Source: Utricularia gibba (taxonomy: Eukaryota > Plantae > Magnoliophyta). From it: a DNA stretch of 64,000 bases. The stretch is from positions 496,001 through 560,000 of the forward strand of contig NEEC01000007.1 in assembly GCA_002189035.1 (NCBI GenBank), read 5' to 3'. Within the stretch, counting starts at the first letter, position 1, and each line of letters opens with the position of its first letter. Of the stretch, positions 60,434-64,000 are shown one piece after another. The notes under the pieces are model-generated. The model was not told where the DNA came from. It saw nothing but the letters and a program-made list of their open reading frames with translations, and searched no databases. Both the position numbers and the translations under genes were made by a program.

Positions 60434-60761
60434 GCTCGATAGAAAAATGATTGTTTTTCTTTTTTGTAAATGAAACTCAAATATAATATAGAGTGTTATG
60501 AAAGGAAAAATTTCCATGGCGTCCTAAGTATTTATGGTCTTCCGTTTTGTTTTCTTTGAACCTTTTCTTGTTTCAAGAATGTGGCAGTTGACCTTCTCCC
60601 CCATGCGACATCAACTCAGTCAACTGCTACGAAACCCCTTTACCCGGCAGTCTGAAAAACTTCATTCTGCTAACGTTGTTTTTTGATGGAGATGGCGGAG
60701 ACGTCCATTGCGCAGCGCAGCACCTTTGCACCTTTCCTACAATTTAAATGCTAATGCCCAG

Positions 60762-61097
60762 GGCAGGCGGTGTGGAATCTATACTGCTAACTGCCAGCAT
60801 GGAGGTAATCATATTAATTTTTTATCCTTCATGATCCTTCTGTTTGCTGGTAGTCTTTGTCTTCACAGGTATGCTTAGTTTTACCTGTTTCTTAATGCTG
60901 TAAAACTTCCTGTATTGTTGCATCCCTCCAATCCTCATATATTTATGCATGAACTCTTCAGACTTACCTTTCTCCTGAATCTTCTGTGTTCCTGATTCAT
61001 TTTGAAGTTCCCTGCGTTGGGTGCTGGAGCTGTAGAATTCATCATCTGTCATGCTGAAGTTGGAGTTGTTTCTGTGGAGGAGAGAAAGACAACAGAG
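60762..61097 (+). pseudogene. Relic of a long-chain acyl-CoA synthetase (LACS4/5-type)
   Basis: 60762-60804 reads GRRCGIYTANC-(14-nt deletion)-SME|GT, and 61021-61097 reads (G)AGAVEFIICHAEVGVVSVEERKTTE|GT. Both match LACS4-type exons including intron positions. The first has a frameshifting deletion, the second has lost its acceptor AG, and the rest of the gene is not recognisable. Confidence 0.75.
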
Positions 61098-61631
61098 GTA
61101 CAATCAGCCTCTTTCAAGTGAAGCCTGTCGCCACAATGCCTCTGTTCAAATTTCCTTGTGCCATCTGATATAATACATTATGATACAGCATTTACCTTTG
61201 GAAAAGCTTCTTCTTTAGACTTGCATCAATACTTCCGAACAATGGTGTGTATCTGAGTTGCAGCAGGAAATGAGAAAAAGGGAAATCACACACTTGGGAA
61301 CGGGAAAATTACCACAGATAACAAGAAAACAAAGGCACACAATAATTTCAACTGAAGTGGCCTCCTTGACCCTTCAGTTCTCAAGCCTAATGAATCTACT
61401 CTGTGGAAACTTGTAAACTGGAGAAGAAAGGGGATGATCGCCTGTTCGTGATCGTCTCTTCACTCCTTTCTCCATTATTTACTGAAACATCACTTCTGTT
61501 TTCAAGTTCCTTAACTTGCAAATGACACTTGAGGGAAACAACCAACCAACCAACTTCTCATCTCTTCTCCTGTGTATATTCTGCACAGTTCTTCATCACA
61601 TCCCAATCAAAAAATAAGGATGATCTCACAT

Positions 61632-64000
61632 TTAAACGAGGTTGTAGCTCGACACAAACACCTCTGCTGGCGAGCTGGAGTGGATATAAACAAACTCGAT
61701 GCTCTTTCCAGCAGGTACAGAGTCAATCCCAGATGGCAACAAAAAGGAATCCCCTGATTTGGTCAAGCCCCACAAGGGACCGTGGAGATTTGCAATATCA
61801 AGCTTCAAGTTCTTCAGCTGCTTGGAGCTTTTGTTGGTTATTGTTGTTAAGTATCTGTAGTATGTCTTCCCCTCGAATACCCACGATCTTGTCATCTTCT
61901 GAGTTATCTCAATTGGGCTGGCGCTCAAAGCTGCAGCACCATCCATTAAAATTAATGCATATAGACTCGTGGCAAGTTGAGAAGAGAAAGCTTTATAAAC
62001 AAAACCAAGGCTAGATCGAAAAAAGTACCTGAAGCATGATTGTTCTGAGAAGCTGCATTCAAATTCAGCGGAGGTAGCTCGACTGCGTTCAAGAAAACAC
62101 AAGGAACAAGTAAAGAATCTGTTGTAGCAAAGCAATAGGTCACTTGTAAGCAATTCACAAACCAGGGAGAAGCTGATTATAACCGAGGCGGCCAATGTGT
62201 AGCCTAGCGAGAGTGCCAACAAGGGGAGCATTGTTGTAAGTAGCTGGCTCAGTTTGCTCGAAGTTATCTCTGGCGTCCACAAAGTTGTCATACTCATCAG
62301 GCCCCCGACAAGAGCGCCCGTGAGTAAATTGGGATCACTGCCTTTTCTGGTATACCAAGTGGCGTAGCCTCCCCTGCAGCTTATGAATGAAGGGTTCACT
62401 TTGTATGAAACAATGGAAGAACCCCTGTGGTGAACTTGTCTCGGATAGTTGTTGCCGTAACCAACCATGTAACTCGTTGCTCGTGGATTGTCTCCCAGAA
62501 TGTAGTCCACCTGAAGAATAACCAGCATTAACAATGGAATCAGCACTCTTCAGAAACAAAGATATGCACAATTTGATATTTTCTACATCCAAACGAAGAG
62601 AAGGAACTACTCTCTAATCACCTGGGATTTGGCAAAGTTGAGAAGCTCGGCAGGGGAAACTATGCCGGAGGCGCATCTGAGATACCTCCTAGCGGAAGTG
62701 AGGTAATCGGAGTAAACCGTCATGAGAAATGAGGCCGCAGTAACGAACTGCATATTGTTCCATCTCTGCCGGAAAATAAGCCCCCAGGGGTTCTCCTAGC
62801 ATTCTGGTAACCCTTCCCCAAACAAGAACACATAAAAAACTCGGCCTTTTGTTGGTACCTCCAAAACACTGGTCTATACCAGCCGCCTTTTCCGGCCATC
62901 AACAACTACAGAAACAAGAACCCGAAATCAGAAATCAACACAAGATCAATCAAATCTCGTAACCCAAGACTTGCGCTCCTCCAGAAAGTCACCTTTGCGA
63001 CAAGGGTCTGAACCCCTGCATATTTGACATCCCATCCAAATTCAGTCATCGCCCATCTCGTACCGCCGAGGGAATCCCCGTTTCTCCCGAGATAATTGAG
63101 GTAGTATTGATTGTTCGTTGCCTTGTAAAGCCACGCAGCCGCCCATAGCAGCTCATCCTGAATTTTTTTCAATTTCAAGACAGCGATCCAATTGGGAAAA
63201 ACAGCAAAAACACCACATTTCCTCTACACGATCAACAAACCCCACACTTACATCATAACCACTCACGGATCGGTAGTACTTCTGGGCGATGGTTATGCTG
63301 CTGTCGTATTTGCCTCTGTACTTGTCCGCAAAGTCGAAAAGCTGTCAAACATATGAAAGAAACATGGCCAAAGGCGTCAAAGGGCAATTCGGGAATAAAT
63401 TCTGAGATGCAATTGCACGTGACACGGCCCACTGCACCGAACCCAGATCTACGGCTCAGATCCCCCCGCAGTGCGCGTTCTGTTCCCGTGAAGCATGTTC
63501 CCATCCACCCCCCGCCACCCGATTTTACCTAATATTTTATATTCTAAATTAAATTATAATTACAAGATTATTACTTAATCCCAAATTCCTGATGCAATTA
63601 GACAGGAACGTCGCTGTTAGGGCAAAAAGCGTAACATCCAGCCACCAACCTTCCTGTCCAAAAGCTGAACTCAGTGTAACTGCTTGCTAACGTGCGCCCC
63701 CCCGGCCACTAACATGCACATTCCCGACCACCATCTCAATAATACACCCCCATCCCAGTCACGGACCATGCTCGCATTCATGACGAAGGCTTATTATGTC
63801 TTGTTACGTGCATTTCTCGCTGGTAATGATAGCTATTACCTGGTAAGCATGCCTGAGGAGCAACGCCGAGTACCGGGGATTGTAGCGGCGGAAGACGATG
63901 GATGCGGCGGCCATGGCTGCGGCGGTCTCTCCGGCGAGATCGGAACCCGGGTGGCTGGGATCGATTTTATAGGCGGCTCGGGATGTGGTCATGTCCTCCG
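61632..64000 (-). CDS. GH9C: Endo-1,4-beta-glucanase GH9 class C with a C-terminal CBM49, 5'-truncated by the window, with two apparent 1-nt frameshifts
   Basis: Exons >64000-63840, 63341-63252, 63157-62993, 62905-62622, 62510-62163, 62082-62029 and 61930-61632. Motifs: [62 protein letters not shown] (after correction) and CBM49 [12 protein letters not shown]. Confidence 0.95.

Overview
This is plant (eudicot-like) nuclear DNA from a very compact genome: about 19 spliced protein-coding genes plus one pseudogene relic in 64 kb, with many introns of only 65-75 nt. The species cannot be determined from the sequence alone. Gene order: UBP20/21-like protease (+), ITPK1 (-), long-chain alcohol oxidase (-), CYP707A (-), SirB1/transglutaminase-like TPR protein (-), AOX1 (-), BRX-like (-), CMT2 (-), OSCA1/CSC1 channel (-), CslG copy A (-), bZIP (+), CslG copy B (-), SKIP8-like F-box (-), FtsHi1 (-), UGE (-), PPR-like/Zn-ribbon protein (-), WAK-domain RING-H2 ATL (+), LACS relic (+), GH9C cellulase (-, runs off the right end). 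Exon structures were read by hand from splice sites and frame continuity; family names come from motif recognition and memory, not from a database search. I found no CRISPR array, rRNA, tRNA or intact transposon, and no convincing evidence of a new biological system. The strongest hidden patterns are these. (1) At least 9 frameshifts in 8 otherwise intact genes are all repaired by adding ONE base, mostly at G-runs on the coding strand; this is most likely a systematic homopolymer under-call in the assembly. (2) The catalytic half of CMT2 is a single 1170-nt exon, which suggests 3'-biased intron loss. (3) A LACS relic appears to have lost one exon precisely between its splice sites. (4) There are several unusual splice sites: a U12-type intron, a GC-AG intron and a CAG-to-CAT acceptor change. 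Most ORFs in the supplied track are antisense or read-through artefacts of spliced genes.
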